A stretch of 64,000 bases of DNA. It comes from Eledone cirrhosa (taxonomy: Eukaryota). The notes beneath the pieces were generated by a model. The model saw only the letters and a list, made by a program, of their open reading frames with translations. It did no database searches and had not been told where the DNA came from. Location: positions 395,746,001 to 395,810,000 of the forward strand of contig OZ024741.1 in NCBI GenBank assembly GCA_964016885.1, written 5' to 3'. Position numbers and translations under genes: made by a program. Positions 33,101 to 48,100 of the stretch are shown in pieces (the stretch's first letter is position 1; the number at the start of each line of letters is the position of its first letter).

Positions 33101-36100
33101 TTTTCACACCATATAATATATTTTGTAATGGAGCTACATTATTCTTATGTAATCATCAATTTTATCTGTAGATGATAAAACCTGATGCCGTTGCTAATAT
33201 TCCGGTTGGTAATGATACAGTCGAGACCATCATTGTCGGGCTTATCAAAGCAGATAGGCAACTATCCGTACAAGCCGAAATGAATGTTTACGAATGTGAA
33301 AGTGTAAAAACGACCACAGTTGAAAAGACAACAACAATGTCGACAGTAGCAACATCAGCGAAAATCACGTCTACCACTCCAACAATTACTACGAAACCTA
33401 TTGTGTCTACAACGATGCCACCAACAACACAAAAAAGCACATATTCCATTGCTACAACTACACCTATTTTATCTACATCTATACCACCATCTGTAGGTAC
33501 GTACATATCATGTTATCTTTCTTTTGTTCATTTTACACCTTCTTCCCAATATATTCTTTGAAAAACGACAGTTTACAATTTCTCATTCACTGAATCAGAA
33601 ACATCTCTATATAGGCAGATACTCATGTTTTCTCTCATGGTTTTCTTTAAACATGGGACATTAGAATTCATACTACACCTCAATAATATCATAATGTTAA
33701 ACTATATTACATGTCACAAAGTAATAGAATAATGTCAATGATTGCATATATTACATTATGAATTCCATATCAACTAGGAAACCTGATTCCGTAACCATTT
33801 AGTATTACGTGATATTGTTAATTTCATTACTGATTGCAAGATTTCTTTTTCTTTTAAACACAGTAACAACGACCTCACCACAATGTGTCATGGCTGATAT
33901 AATGAGTTATATAGATGCTGCAGATATTCAAGTATCAAGTTCGAAATCTGGTCGTCCTACCAGTGATGTACTTCCGGGAGATGAAATATGGACGTCGACA
34001 AAAACTGACACATTTCCAAAGATTACATTATCTTTTATATCCAACCCTCGTCAAATACAACAACTGAAACTCAGTAAATTAAACAACGTCAAAGCTTACT
34101 CCATTACAGTTTACTTTACAAATAGTCCCTCTTTCAAGAAGGTGAGTATTTTAAAAAGAGATTTAAAGCATCTTTCTATTTGCTTACTTGTAGACAAATG
34201 TTTTGTCTATTTATTTTAAATACATTATTAAATATATATATTGTTGTTATTTATCTATGTCTAGGGAATAATATAGTTATTATTTCCTACAGAAATACTT
34301 TCAAATATCCCAGTGATATATAATTTAATTTAAATAAAACTGTCCATAAATCATAGATTAATAAATAATTTTCCATTGTCTCTATTCTATTACTAGTAAT
34401 GAATCAGTAAATATTTGATTCATATTATATTTTCACACCATATAATATATTTTGTAATGGAGCTACATTATTCTTATGTAATCATCAATTTAATCTGTAG
34501 ATGATAAAACCTGATGCCGTTGCTAATATTCCGGTTGGTAATGATACAGTCGAGACCATCATTGTCGGGCTTATCAAAGCAGATAGGCAACTATCCGTAC
34601 AAGCCGAAATGAATGTTTACGAATGTGAAAGTGTAAAAACGACCACAGTTGAAAAGACAACAACAATGTCGACAGTAGCAACATCAGCGAAAATCACGTC
34701 TACCACTCCAACAATTACTACGAAACCTATTGTGTCTACAACGATGCCACCAACAACACAAAAAAGCACATATTCCATTGCTACAACTACACCTATTTTA
34801 TCTACATCTATACCACCATCTGTAGGTACGTACATATCATGTTATCTTTCTTTTGTTCATTTTACACCTTCTTCCCAATATATTCTTTGAAAAACGACAG
34901 TTTACAATTTCTCATTCACTGAATCAGAAACATCTCTATATAGGCAGATACTCATGTTTTCTCTCATGGTTTTCTTTAAACATGGGACATTAGAATTCAT
35001 ACTACACCTCAATAATATCATAATGTTAAACTATATTACATGTCACAAAGTAATAGAATAATGTCAATGATTGCATATATTACATTATGAATTCCATATC
35101 AACTAGGAAACCTGATTCCGTAACCACTTAGTATTACGTGATATTGTTAATTTCATTACTGATTGCAAGATTTCTTTTTCTTTTAAACACAGTAACAACG
35201 ACCTCACCACAATGTGTCATGGCTGATATAATGAGTTATATAGATGCTACAGATATTCAAGTATCAAGTTCGAAATCTGGTCGTCCTACCAGTGATGTAC
35301 TTCCGGGAGATGAAATATGGACGTCGACAAAAACTGACACATTTCCAAAGATTACATTATCTTTTATATCCAACCCTCGTCAAATACAACAACTGAAACT
35401 CAGTAAATTGAACAACGTCAAAGCTTACTCCATTACAGTTTACTTTACAAATAGTCCCTCTTTCAAGAAGGTGAGTATTTTAAAAAGAGATTTAAAGCAT
35501 CTTTCTATTTGCTTACTTGTAGACAAATGTTTTGTCTATTTATTTTAAATACATTATTAAATATATATATTGTTGTTATTTATCTATGTCTAGGGAATAA
35601 TATAGTTATTATTTCCTACAGAAATACTTTCAAATATCCCAGTGATATATAATTTAATTTAAATAAAACTGTCCATAAATCATAGATTAATAAATAATTT
35701 TCCATTGTCTCTATTCTATTACTAGTGATGAATCAGTAAATATTTGATTCATATTATATTTTCACACCATATAATATATTTTGTAATGGAGCTACATTAT
35801 TCTTATGTAATCATCAATTTTATCTGTAGATGATAAAACCTGATGCCGTTGCTAATATTCCGGTTGGTAATGATACAGTCGAGACCATCATTGTCGGGCT
35901 TATCAAAGCAGATAGGCAACTATCCGTACAAGCCGAAATGAATGTTTACGAATGTGAAAGTGTAAAAACGACCACAGTTGAAAAGACAACAACAATGTCG
36001 ACAGTAGCAACATCAGCGAAAATCACGTCTACCACTCCAACAATTACTACGAAACCTATTGTGTCTACAACGATGCCACCAACAACACAAAAAAGCACAT

Positions 36101-39100
36101 ATTCCATTGCTACAACTACACCTATTTTATCTACATCTATACCACCATCTGTAGGTACGTACATATCATGTTATCTTTCTTTTGTTCATTTTACACCTTC
36201 TTCCCAATATATTCTTTGAAAAACGACAGTTTACAATTTCTCATTCACTGAATCAGAAACATCTCTATATAGGCAGATACTCATGTTTTCTCTCATGGTT
36301 TTCTTTAAACATGGGACATTAGAATTCATACTACACCTCAATAATATCATAATGTTAAACTATATTACATGTCACAAAGTAATAGAATAATGTCAATGAT
36401 TGCATATATTACATTATGAATTCCATATCAACTAGGAAACCTGATTCCGTAACCACTTAGTATTACGTGATATTGTTAATTTCATTACTGATTGCAAGAT
36501 TTCTTTTTCTTTTAAACACAGTAACAACGACCTCACCACAATGTGTCATGGCTGATATAATGAGTTATATAGATGCTACAGATATTCAAGTATCAAGTTC
36601 GAAATCTGGTCGTCCTACCAGTGATGTACTTCCGGGAGATGAAATATGGACGTCGACAAAAACTGACACATTTCCAAAGATTACATTATCTTTTATATCC
36701 AACCCTCGTCAAATACAACAACTGAAACTCAGTAAATTAAACAACGTCAAAGCTTACTCCATTACAGTTTACTTTACAAATAGTCCCTCTTTCAAGAAGG
36801 TGAGTATTTTAAAAAGAGATTTAAAGCATCTTTCTATTTGCTTACTTGTAGACAAATGTTTTGTCTATTTATTTTAAATACATTATTAAATATATATATT
36901 GTTGTTATTTATCTATGTCTAGGGAATAATATAGTTATTATTTCCTACAGAAATACTTTCAAATATCCCAGTGATATATAATTTAATTTAAATAAAACTG
37001 TCCATAAATCATAGATTAATAAATAATTTTCCATTGTCTCTATTCTATTACTAGTGATGAATCAGTAAATATTTGATTCATATTATATTTTCACACCATA
37101 TAATATATTTTGTAATGGAGCTACATTATTCTTATGTAATCATCAATTTTATCTGTAGATGATAAAACCTGATGCCGTTGCTAATATTCCGGTTGGTAAT
37201 GATACAGTCGAGACCATCATTGTCGGGCTTATCAAAGCAGATAGGCAACTATCCGTACAAGCCGAAATGAATGTTTACGAATGTGAAAGTGTAAAAACGA
37301 CCACAGTTGAAAAGACAACAACAATGTCGACAGTAGCAACATCAGCGAAAATCACGTCTACCACTCCAACAATTACTACGAAACCTATTGTGTCTACAAC
37401 GATGCCACCAACAACACAAAAAAGCACATATTCCATTGCTACAACTACACCTATTTTATCTACATCTATACCACCATCTGTAGGTACGTACATATCATGT
37501 TATCTTTCTTTTGTTCATTTTACACCTTCTTCCCAATATATTCTTTGAAAAACGACAGTTTACAATTTCTCATTCACTGAATCAGAAACATCTCTATATA
37601 GGCAGATACTCATGTTTTCTCTCATGGTTTTCTTTAAACATGGGACATTAGAATTCATACTACACCTCAATAATATCATAATGTTAAACTATATTACATG
37701 TCACAAAGTAATAGAATAATGTCAATGATTGCATATATTACATTATGAATTCCATATCAACTAGGAAACCTGATTCCGTAACCACTTAGTATTACGTGAT
37801 ATTGTTAATTTCATTACTGATTGCAAGATTTCTTTTTCTTTTAAACACAGTAACAACGACCTCACCACAATGTGTCATGGCTGATATAATGAGTTATATA
37901 GATGCTACAGATATTCAAGTATCAAGTTCGAAATCTGGTCGTCCTACCAGTGATGTACTTCCGGGAGATGAAATATGGACGTCGACAAAAACTGACACAT
38001 TTCCAAAGATTACATTATCTTTTATATCCAACCCTCGTCAAATACAACAACTGAAACTCAGTAAATTAAACAACGTCAAAGCTTACTCCATTACAGTTTA
38101 CTTTACAAATAGTCCCTCTTTCAAGAAGGTGAGTATTTTAAAAAGAGATTTAAAGCATCTTTCTATTTGCTTACTTGTAGACAAATGTTTTGTCTATTTA
38201 TTTTAAATACATTATTAAATATATATATTGTTGTTATTTATCTATGTCTAGGGAATAATATAGTTATTATTTCCTACAGAAATACTTTCAAATATCCCAG
38301 TGATATATAATTTAATTTAAATAAAACTGTCCATAAATCATAGATTAATAAATAATTTTCCATTGTCTCTATTCTATTACTAGTGATGAATCAGTAAATA
38401 TTTGATTCATATTATATTTTCACACCATATAATATATTTTGTAATGGAGCTACATTATTCTTATGTAATCATCAATTTTATCTGTAGATGATAAAACCTG
38501 ATGCCGTTGCTAATATTCCGGTTGGTAATGATACAGTCGAGACCATCATTGTCGGGCTTATCAAAGCAGATAGGCAACTATCCGTACAAGCCGAAATGAA
38601 TGTTTACGAATGTGAAAGTGTAAAAACGACCACAGTTGAAAAGACAACAACAATGTCGACAGTAGCAACATCAGCGAAAATCACGTCTACCACTCCAACA
38701 ATTACTACGAAACCTATTGTGTCTACAACGATGCCACCAACAACACAAAAAAGCACATATTCCATTGCTACAACTACACCTATTTTATCTACATCTATAC
38801 CACCATCTGTAGGTACGTACATATCATGTTATCTTTCTTTTGTTCATTTTACACCTTCTTCCCAATATATTCTTTGAAAAACGACAGTTTACAATTTCTC
38901 ATTCACTGAATCAGAAACATCTCTATATAGGCAGATACTCATGTTTTCTCTCATGGTTTTCTTTAAACATGGGACATTAGAATTCATACTACACCTCAAT
39001 AATATCATAATGTTAAACTATATTACATGTCACAAAGTAATAGAATAATGTCAATGATTGCATATATTACATTATGAATTCCATATCAACTAGGAAACCT

Positions 39101-42100
39101 GATTCCGTAACCACTTAGTATTACGTGATATTGTTAATTTCATTACTGATTGCAAGATTTCTTTTTCTTTTAAACACAGTAACAACGACCTCACCACAAT
39201 GTGTCATGGCTGATATAATGAGTTATATAGATGCTACAGATATTCAAGTATCAAGTTCGAAATCTGGTCGTCCTACCAGTGATGTACTTCCGGGAGATGA
39301 AATATGGACGTCGACAAAAACTGACACATTTCCAAAGATTACATTATCTTTTATATCCAACCCTCGTCAAATACAACAACTGAAACTCAGTAAATTAAAC
39401 AACGTCAAAGCTTACTCCATTACAGTTTACTTTACAAATAGTCCCTCTTTCAAGAAGGTGAGTATTTTAAAAAGAGATTTAAAGCATCTTTCTATTTGCT
39501 TACTTGTAGACAAATGTTTTGTCTATTTATTTTAAATACATTATTAAATATATATATTGTTGTTATTTATCTATGTCTAGGGAATAATATAGTTATTATT
39601 TCCTACAGAAATACTTTCAAATATCCCAGTGATATATAATTTAATTTAAATAAAACTGTCCATAAATCATAGATTAATAAATAATTTTCCATTGTCTCTA
39701 TTCTATTACTAGTGATGAATCAGTAAATATTTGATTCATATTATATTTTCACACCATATAATATATTTTGTAATGGAGCTACATTATTCTTATGTAATCA
39801 TCAATTTTATCTGTAGATGATAAAACCTGATGCCGTTGCTAATATTCCGGTTGGTAATGATACAGTCGAGACCATCATTGTCGGGCTTATCAAAGCAGAT
39901 AGGCAACTATCCGTACAAGCCGAAATGAATGTTTACGAATGTGAAAGTGTAAAAACGACCACAGTTGAAAAGACAACAACAATGTCGACAGTAGCAACAT
40001 CAGCGAAAATCACGTCTACCACTCCAACAATTACTACGAAACCTATTGTGTCTACAACGATGCCACCAACAACACAAAAAAGCACATATTCCATTGCTAC
40101 AACTACACCTATTTTATCTACATCTATACCACCATCTGTAGGTACGTACATATCATGTTATCTTTCTTTTGTTCATTTTACACCTTCTTCCCAATATATT
40201 CTTTGAAAAACGACAGTTTACAATTTCTCATTCACTGAATCAGAAACATCTCTATATAGGCAGATACTCATGTTTTCTCTCATGGTTTTCTTTAAACATG
40301 GGACATTAGAATTCATACTACACCTCAATAATATCATAATGTTAAACTATATTACATGTCACAAAGTAATAGAATAATGTCAATGATTGCATATATTACA
40401 TTATGAATTCCATATCAACTAGGAAACCTGATTCCGTAACCACTTAGTATTACGTGATATTGTTAATTTCATTACTGATTGCAAGATTTCTTTTTCTTTT
40501 AAACACAGTAACAACGACCTCACCACAATGTGTCATGGCTGATATAATGAGTTATATAGATGCTGCAGATATTCAAGTATCAAGTTCGAAATCTGGTCGT
40601 CCTACCAGTGATGTACTTCCGGGAGATGAAATATGGACGTCGACAAAAACTGACACATTTCCAAAGATTACATTATCTTTTATATCCAACCCTCGTCAAA
40701 TACAACAACTGAAACTCAGTAAATTAAACAACGTCAAAGCTTACTCCATTACAGTTTACTTTACAAATAGTCCCTCTTTCAAGAAGGTGAGTATTTTAAA
40801 AAGAGATTTAAAGCATCTTTCTATTTGCTTACTTGTAGACAAATGTTTTGTCTATTTATTTTAAATACATTATTAAATATATATATTGTTGTTATTTATC
40901 TATGTCTAGGGAATAATATAGTTATTATTTCCTACAGAAATACTTTCAAATATCCCAGTGATATATAATTTAATTTAAATAAAACTGTCCATAAATCATA
41001 GATTAATAAATAATTTTCCATTGTCTCTATTCTATTACTAGTGATGAATCAGTAAATATTTGATTCATATTATATTTTCACACCATATAATATATTTTGT
41101 AATGGAGCTACATTATTCTTATGTAATCATCAATTTTATCTGTAGATGATAAAACCTGATGCCGTTGCTAATATTCCGGTTGGTAATGATACAGTCGAGA
41201 CCATCATTGTCGGGCTTATCAAAGCAGATAGGCAACTATCCGTACAAGCCGAAATGAATGTTTACGAATGTGAAAGTGTAAAAACGACCACAGTTGAAAA
41301 GACAACAACAATGTCGACAGTAGCAACATCAGCGAAAATCACGTCTACCACTCCAACAATTACTACGAAACCTATTGTGTCTACAACGATGCCACCAACA
41401 ACACAAAAAAGCACATATTCCATTGCTACAACTACACCTATTTTATCTACATCTATACCACCATCTGTAGGTACGTACATATCATGTTATCTTTCTTTTG
41501 TTCATTTTACACCTTCTTCCCAATATATTCTTTGAAAAACGACAGTTTACAATTTCTCATTCACTGAATCAGAAACATCTCTATATAGGCAGATACTCAT
41601 GTTTTCTCTCATGGTTTTCTTTAAACATGGGACATTAGAATTCATACTACACCTCAATAATATCATAATGTTAAACTATATTACATGTCACAAAGTAATA
41701 GAATAATGTCAATGATTGCATATATTACATTATGAATTCCATATCAACTAGGAAACCTGATTCCGTAACCACTTAGTATTACGTGATATTGTTAATTTCA
41801 TTACTGATTGCAAGATTTCTTTTTCTTTTAAACACAGTAACAACGACCTCACCACAATGTGTCATGGCTGATATAATGAGTTATATAGATGCTGCAGATA
41901 TTCAAGTATCAAGTTCGAAATCTGGTCGTCCTACCAGTGATGTACTTCCGGGAGATGAAATATGGACGTCGACAAAAACTGACACATTTCCAAAGATTAC
42001 ATTATCTTTTATATCCAACCCTCGTCAAATACAACAACTGAAACTCAGTAAATTAAACAACGTCAAAGCTTACTCCATTACAGTTTACTTTACAAATAGT

Positions 42101-45100
42101 CCCTCTTTCAAGAAGGTGAGTATTTTAAAAAGAGATTTAAAGCATCTTTCTATTTGCTTACTTGTAGACAAATGTTTTGTCTATTTATTTTAAATACATT
42201 ATTAAATATATATATTGTTGTTATTTATCTATGTCTAGGGAATAATATAGTTATTATTTCCTACAGAAATACTTTCAAATATCCCAGTGATATATAATTT
42301 AATTTAAATAAAACTGTCCATAAATCATAGATTAATAAATAATTTTCCATTGTCTCTATTCTATTACTAGTGATGAATCAGTAAATATTTGATTCATATT
42401 ATATTTTCACACCATATAATATATTTTGTAATGGAGCTACATTATTCTTATGTAATCATCAATTTTATCTGTAGATGATAAAACCTGATGCCGTTGCTAA
42501 TATTCCGGTTGGTAATGATACAGTCGAGACCATCATTGTCGGGCTTATCAAAGCAGATAGGCAACTATCCGTACAAGCCGAAATGAATGTTTACGAATGT
42601 GAAAGTGTAAAAACGACCACAGTTGAAAAGACAACAACAATGTCGACAGTAGCAACATCAGCGAAAATCACGTCTACCACTCCAACAATTACTACGAAAC
42701 CTATTGTGTCTACAACGATGCCACCAACAACACAAAAAAGCACATATTCCATTGCTACAACTACACCTATTTTATCTACATCTATACCACCATCTGTAGG
42801 TACGTACATATCATGTTATCTTTCTTTTGTTCATTTTACACCTTCTTCCCAATATATTCTTTGAAAAACGACAGTTTACAATTTCTCATTCACTGAATCA
42901 GAAACATCTCTATATAGGCAGATACTCATGTTTTCTCTCATGGTTTTCTTTAAACATGGGACATTAGAATTCATACTACACCTCAATAATATCATAATGT
43001 TAAACTATATTACATGTCACAAAGTAATAGAATAATGTCAATGATTGCATATATTACATTATGAATTCCATATCAACTAGGAAACCTGATTCCGTAACCA
43101 CTTAGTATTACGTGATATTGTTAATTTCATTACTGATTGCAAGATTTCTTTTTCTTTTAAACACAGTAACAACGACCGCACCACAATGTGTCATGGCTGA
43201 TATAATGAGTTATATAGATGCTACAGATATTCAAGTATCAAGTTCGAAATCTGGTCGTCCTACCAGTGATGTACTTCCGGGAGATGAAATATGGACGTCG
43301 ACAAAAACTGACACATTTCCAAAGATTACATTATCTTTTATATCCAACCCTCGTCAAATACAACAACTGAAACTCAGTAAATTAAACAACGTCAAAGCTT
43401 ACTCCATTACAGTTTACTTTACAAATAGTCCCTCTTTCAAGAAGGTGAGTATTTTAAAAAGAGATTTAAAGCATCTTTCTATTTGCTTACTTGTAGACAA
43501 ATGTTTTGTCTATTTATTTTAAATACATTATTAAATATATATATTGTTGTTATTTATCTATGTCTAGGGAATAATATAGTTATTATTTCCTACAGAAATA
43601 CTTTCAAATATCCCAGTGATATATAATTTAATTTAAATAAAACTGTCCATAAATCATAGATTAATAAATAATTTTCCATTGTCTCTATTCTATTACTAGT
43701 GATGAATCAGTAAATATTTGATTCATATTATATTTTCACACCATATAATATATTTTGTAATGGAGCTACATTATTCTTATGTAATCATCAATTTTATCTG
43801 TAGATGATAAAACCTGATGCCGTTGCTAATATTCCGGTTGGTAATGATACAGTCGAGACCATCATTGTCGGGCTTATCAAAGCAGATAGGCAACTATCCG
43901 TACAAGCCGAAATGAATGTTTACGAATGTGAAAGTGTAAAAACGACCACAGTTGAAAAGACAACAACAATGTCGACAGTAGCAACATCAGCGAAAATCAC
44001 GTCTACCACTCCAACAATTACTACGAAACCTATTGTGTCTACAACGATGCCACCAACAACACAAAAAAGCACATATTCCATTGCTACAACTACACCTATT
44101 TTATCTACATCTATACCACCATCTGTAGGTACGTACATATCATGTTATCTTTCTTTTGTTCATTTTACACCTTCTTCCCAATATATTCTTTGAAAAACGA
44201 CAGTTTACAATTTCTCATTCACTGAATCAGAAACATCTCTATATAGGCAGATACTCATGTTTTCTCTCATGGTTTTCTTTAAACATGGGACATTAGAATT
44301 CATACTACACCTCAATAATATCATAATGTTAAACTATATTACATGTCACAAAGTAATAGAATAATGTCAATGATTGCATATATTACATTATGAATTCCAT
44401 ATCAACTAGGAAACCTGATTCCGTAACCACTTAGTATTACGTGATATTGTTAATTTCATTACTGATTGCAAGATTTCTTTTTCTTTTAAACACAGTAACA
44501 ACGACCTCACCACAATGTGTCATGGCTGATATAATGAGTTATATAGATGCTACAGATATTCAAGTATCAAGTTCGAAATCTGGTCGTCCTACCAGTGATG
44601 TACTTCCGGGAGATGAAATATGGACGTCGACAAAAACTGACACATTTCCAAAGATTACATTATCTTTTATATCCAACCCTCGTCAAATACAACAACTGAA
44701 ACTCAGTAAATTAAACAACGTCAAAGCTTACTCCATTACAGTTTACTTTACAAATAGTCCCTCTTTCAAGAAGGTGAGTATTTTAAAAAGAGATTTAAAG
44801 CATCTTTCTATTTGCTTACTTGTAGACAAATGTTTTGTCTATTTATTTTAAATACATTATTAAATATATATATTGTTGTTATTTATCTATGTCTAGGGAA
44901 TAATATAGTTATTATTTCCTACAGAAATACTTTCAAATATCCCAGTGATATATAATTTAATTTAAATAAAACTGTCCATAAATCATAGATTAATAAATAA
45001 TTTTCCATTGTCTCTATTCTATTACTAGTGATGAATCAGTAAATATTTGATTCATATTATATTTTCACACCATATAATATATTTTGTAATGGAGCTACAT

Positions 45101-48100
45101 TATTCTTATGTAATCATCAATTTTATCTGTAGATGATAAAACCTGATGCCGTTGCTAATATTCCGGTTGGTAATGATACAGTCGAGACCATCATTGTCGG
45201 GCTTATCAAAGCAGATAGGCAACTATCCGTACAAGCCGAAATGAATGTTTACGAATGTGAAAGTGTAAAAACGACCACAGTTGAAAAGACAACAACAATG
45301 TCGACAGTAGCAACATCAGCGAAAATCACGTCTACCACTCCAACAATTACTACGAAACCTATTGTGTCTACAACGATGCCACCAACAACACAAAAAAGCA
45401 CATATTCCATTGCTACAACTACACCTATTTTATCTACATCTATACCACCATCTGTAGGTACGTACATATCATGTTATCTTTCTTTTGTTCATTTTACACC
45501 TTCTTCCCAATATATTCTTTGAAAAACGACAGTTTACAATTTCTCATTCACTGAATCAGAAACATCTCTATATAGGCAGATACTCATGTTTTCTCTCATG
45601 GTTTTCTTTAAACATGGGACATTAGAATTCATACTACACCTCAATAATATCATAATGTTAAACTATATTACATGTCACAAAGTAATAGAATAATGTCAAT
45701 GATTGCATATATTACATTATGAATTCCATAACAACTAGGAAACCTGATTCCGTAACCACTTAGTATTACGTGATATTGTTAATTTCATTACTGATTGCAA
45801 GATTTCTTTTTCTTTTAAACACAGTAACAACGACCTCACCACAATGTGTCATGGCTGATATAATGAGTTATATAGATGCTGCAGATATTCAAGTATCAAG
45901 TTCGAAATCTGGTCGTTCTACCAGTGATGTACTTCCGGGAGATGAAATATGGACGTCGACAAAAACTGACACATTTCCAAAGATTACATTATCTTTTATA
46001 TCCAACCCTCGTCAAATACAACAACTGAAACTCAGTAAATTAAACAACGTCAAAGCTTACTCCATTACAGTTTACTTTACAAATAGTCCCTCTTTCAAGA
46101 AGGTGAGTATTTTAAAAAGAGATTTAAAGCATCTTTCTATTTGCTTACTTGTAGACAAATGTTTTGTCTATTTATTTTAAATACATTATTAAATATATAT
46201 ATTGTTGTTATTTATCTATGTCTAGGGAATAATATAGTTATTATTTCCTACAGAAATACTTTCAAATATCCCAGTGATATATAATTTAATTTAAATAAAA
46301 CTGTCCATAAATCATAGATTAATAAATAATTTTCCATTGTCTCTATTCTATTACTAGTGATGAATCAGTAAATATTTGATTCATATTATATTTTCACACC
46401 ATATAATATATTTTGTAATGGAGCTACATTATTCTTATGTAATCATCAATTTTATCTGTAGATGATAAAACCTGATGCCGTTGCTAATATTCCGGTTGGT
46501 AATGATACAGTCGAGACCATCATTGTCGGGCTTATCAAAGCAGATAGGCAACTATCCGTACAAGCCGAAATGAATGTTTACGAATGTGAAAGTGTAAAAA
46601 CGACCACAGTTGAAAAGACAACAACAATGTCGACAGTAGCAACATCAGCGAAAATCACGTCTACCACTCCAACAATTACTACGAAACCTATTGTGTCTAC
46701 AACGATGCCACCAACAACACAAAAAAGCACATATTCCATTGCTACAACTACACCTATTTTATCTACATCTATACCACCATCTGTAGGTACGTACATATCA
46801 TGTTATCTTTCTTTTGTTCATTTTACACCTTCTTCCCAATATATTCTTTGAAAAACGACAGTTTACAATTTCTCATTCACTGAATCAGAAACATCTCTAT
46901 ATAGGCAGATACTCATGTTTTCTCTCATGGTTTTCTTTAAACATGGGACATTAGAATTCATACTACACCTCAATAATATCATAATGTTAAACTATATTAC
47001 ATGTCACAAAGTAATAGAATAATGTCAATGATTGCATATATTACATTATGAATTCCATAACAACTAGGAAACCTGATTCCGTAACCACTTAGTATTACGT
47101 GATATTGTTAATTTCATTACTGATTGCAAGATTTCTTTTTCTTTTAAACACAGTAACAACGACCTCACCACAATGTGTCATGGCTGATATAATGAGTTAT
47201 ATAGATGCTGCAGATATTCAAGTATCAAGTTCGAAATCTGGTCGTCCTACCAGTGATGTACTTCCGGGAGATGAAATATGGACGTCGACAAAAACTGACA
47301 CATTTCCAAAGATTACATTATCTTTTATATCCAACCCTCGTCAAATACAACAACTGAAACTCAGTAAATTAAACAACGTCAAAGCTTACTCCATTACAGT
47401 TTACTTTACAAATAGTCCCTCTTTCAAGAAGGTGAGTATTTTAAAAAGAGATTTAAAGCATCTTTCTATTTGCTTACTTGTAGACAAATGTTTTGTCTAT
47501 TTATTTTAAATACATTATTAAATATATATATTGTTGTTATTTATCTATGTCTAGGGAATAATATAGTTATTATTTCCTACAGAAATACTTTCAAATATCC
47601 CAGTGATATATAATTTAATTTAAATAAAACTGTCCATAAATCATAGATTAATAAATAATTTTCCATTGTCTCTATTCTATTACTAGTGATGAATCAGTAA
47701 ATATTTGATTCATATTATATTTTCACACCATATAATATATTTTGTAATGGAGCTACATTATTCTTATGTAATCATCAATTTTATCTGTAGATGATAAAAC
47801 CTGATGCCGTTGCTAATATTCCGGTTGGTAATGATACAGTCGAGACCATCATTGTCGGGCTTATCAAAGCAGATAGGCAACTATCCGTACAAGCCGAAAT
47901 GAATGTTTACGAATGTGAAAGTGTAAAAACGACCACAGTTGAAAAGACAACAACAATGTCGACAGTAGCAACATCAGCGAAAATCACGTCTACCACTCCA
48001 ACAATTACTACGAAACCTATTGTGTCTACAACGATGCCACCAACAACACAAAAAAGCACATATTCCATTGCTACAACTACACCTATTTTATCTACATCTA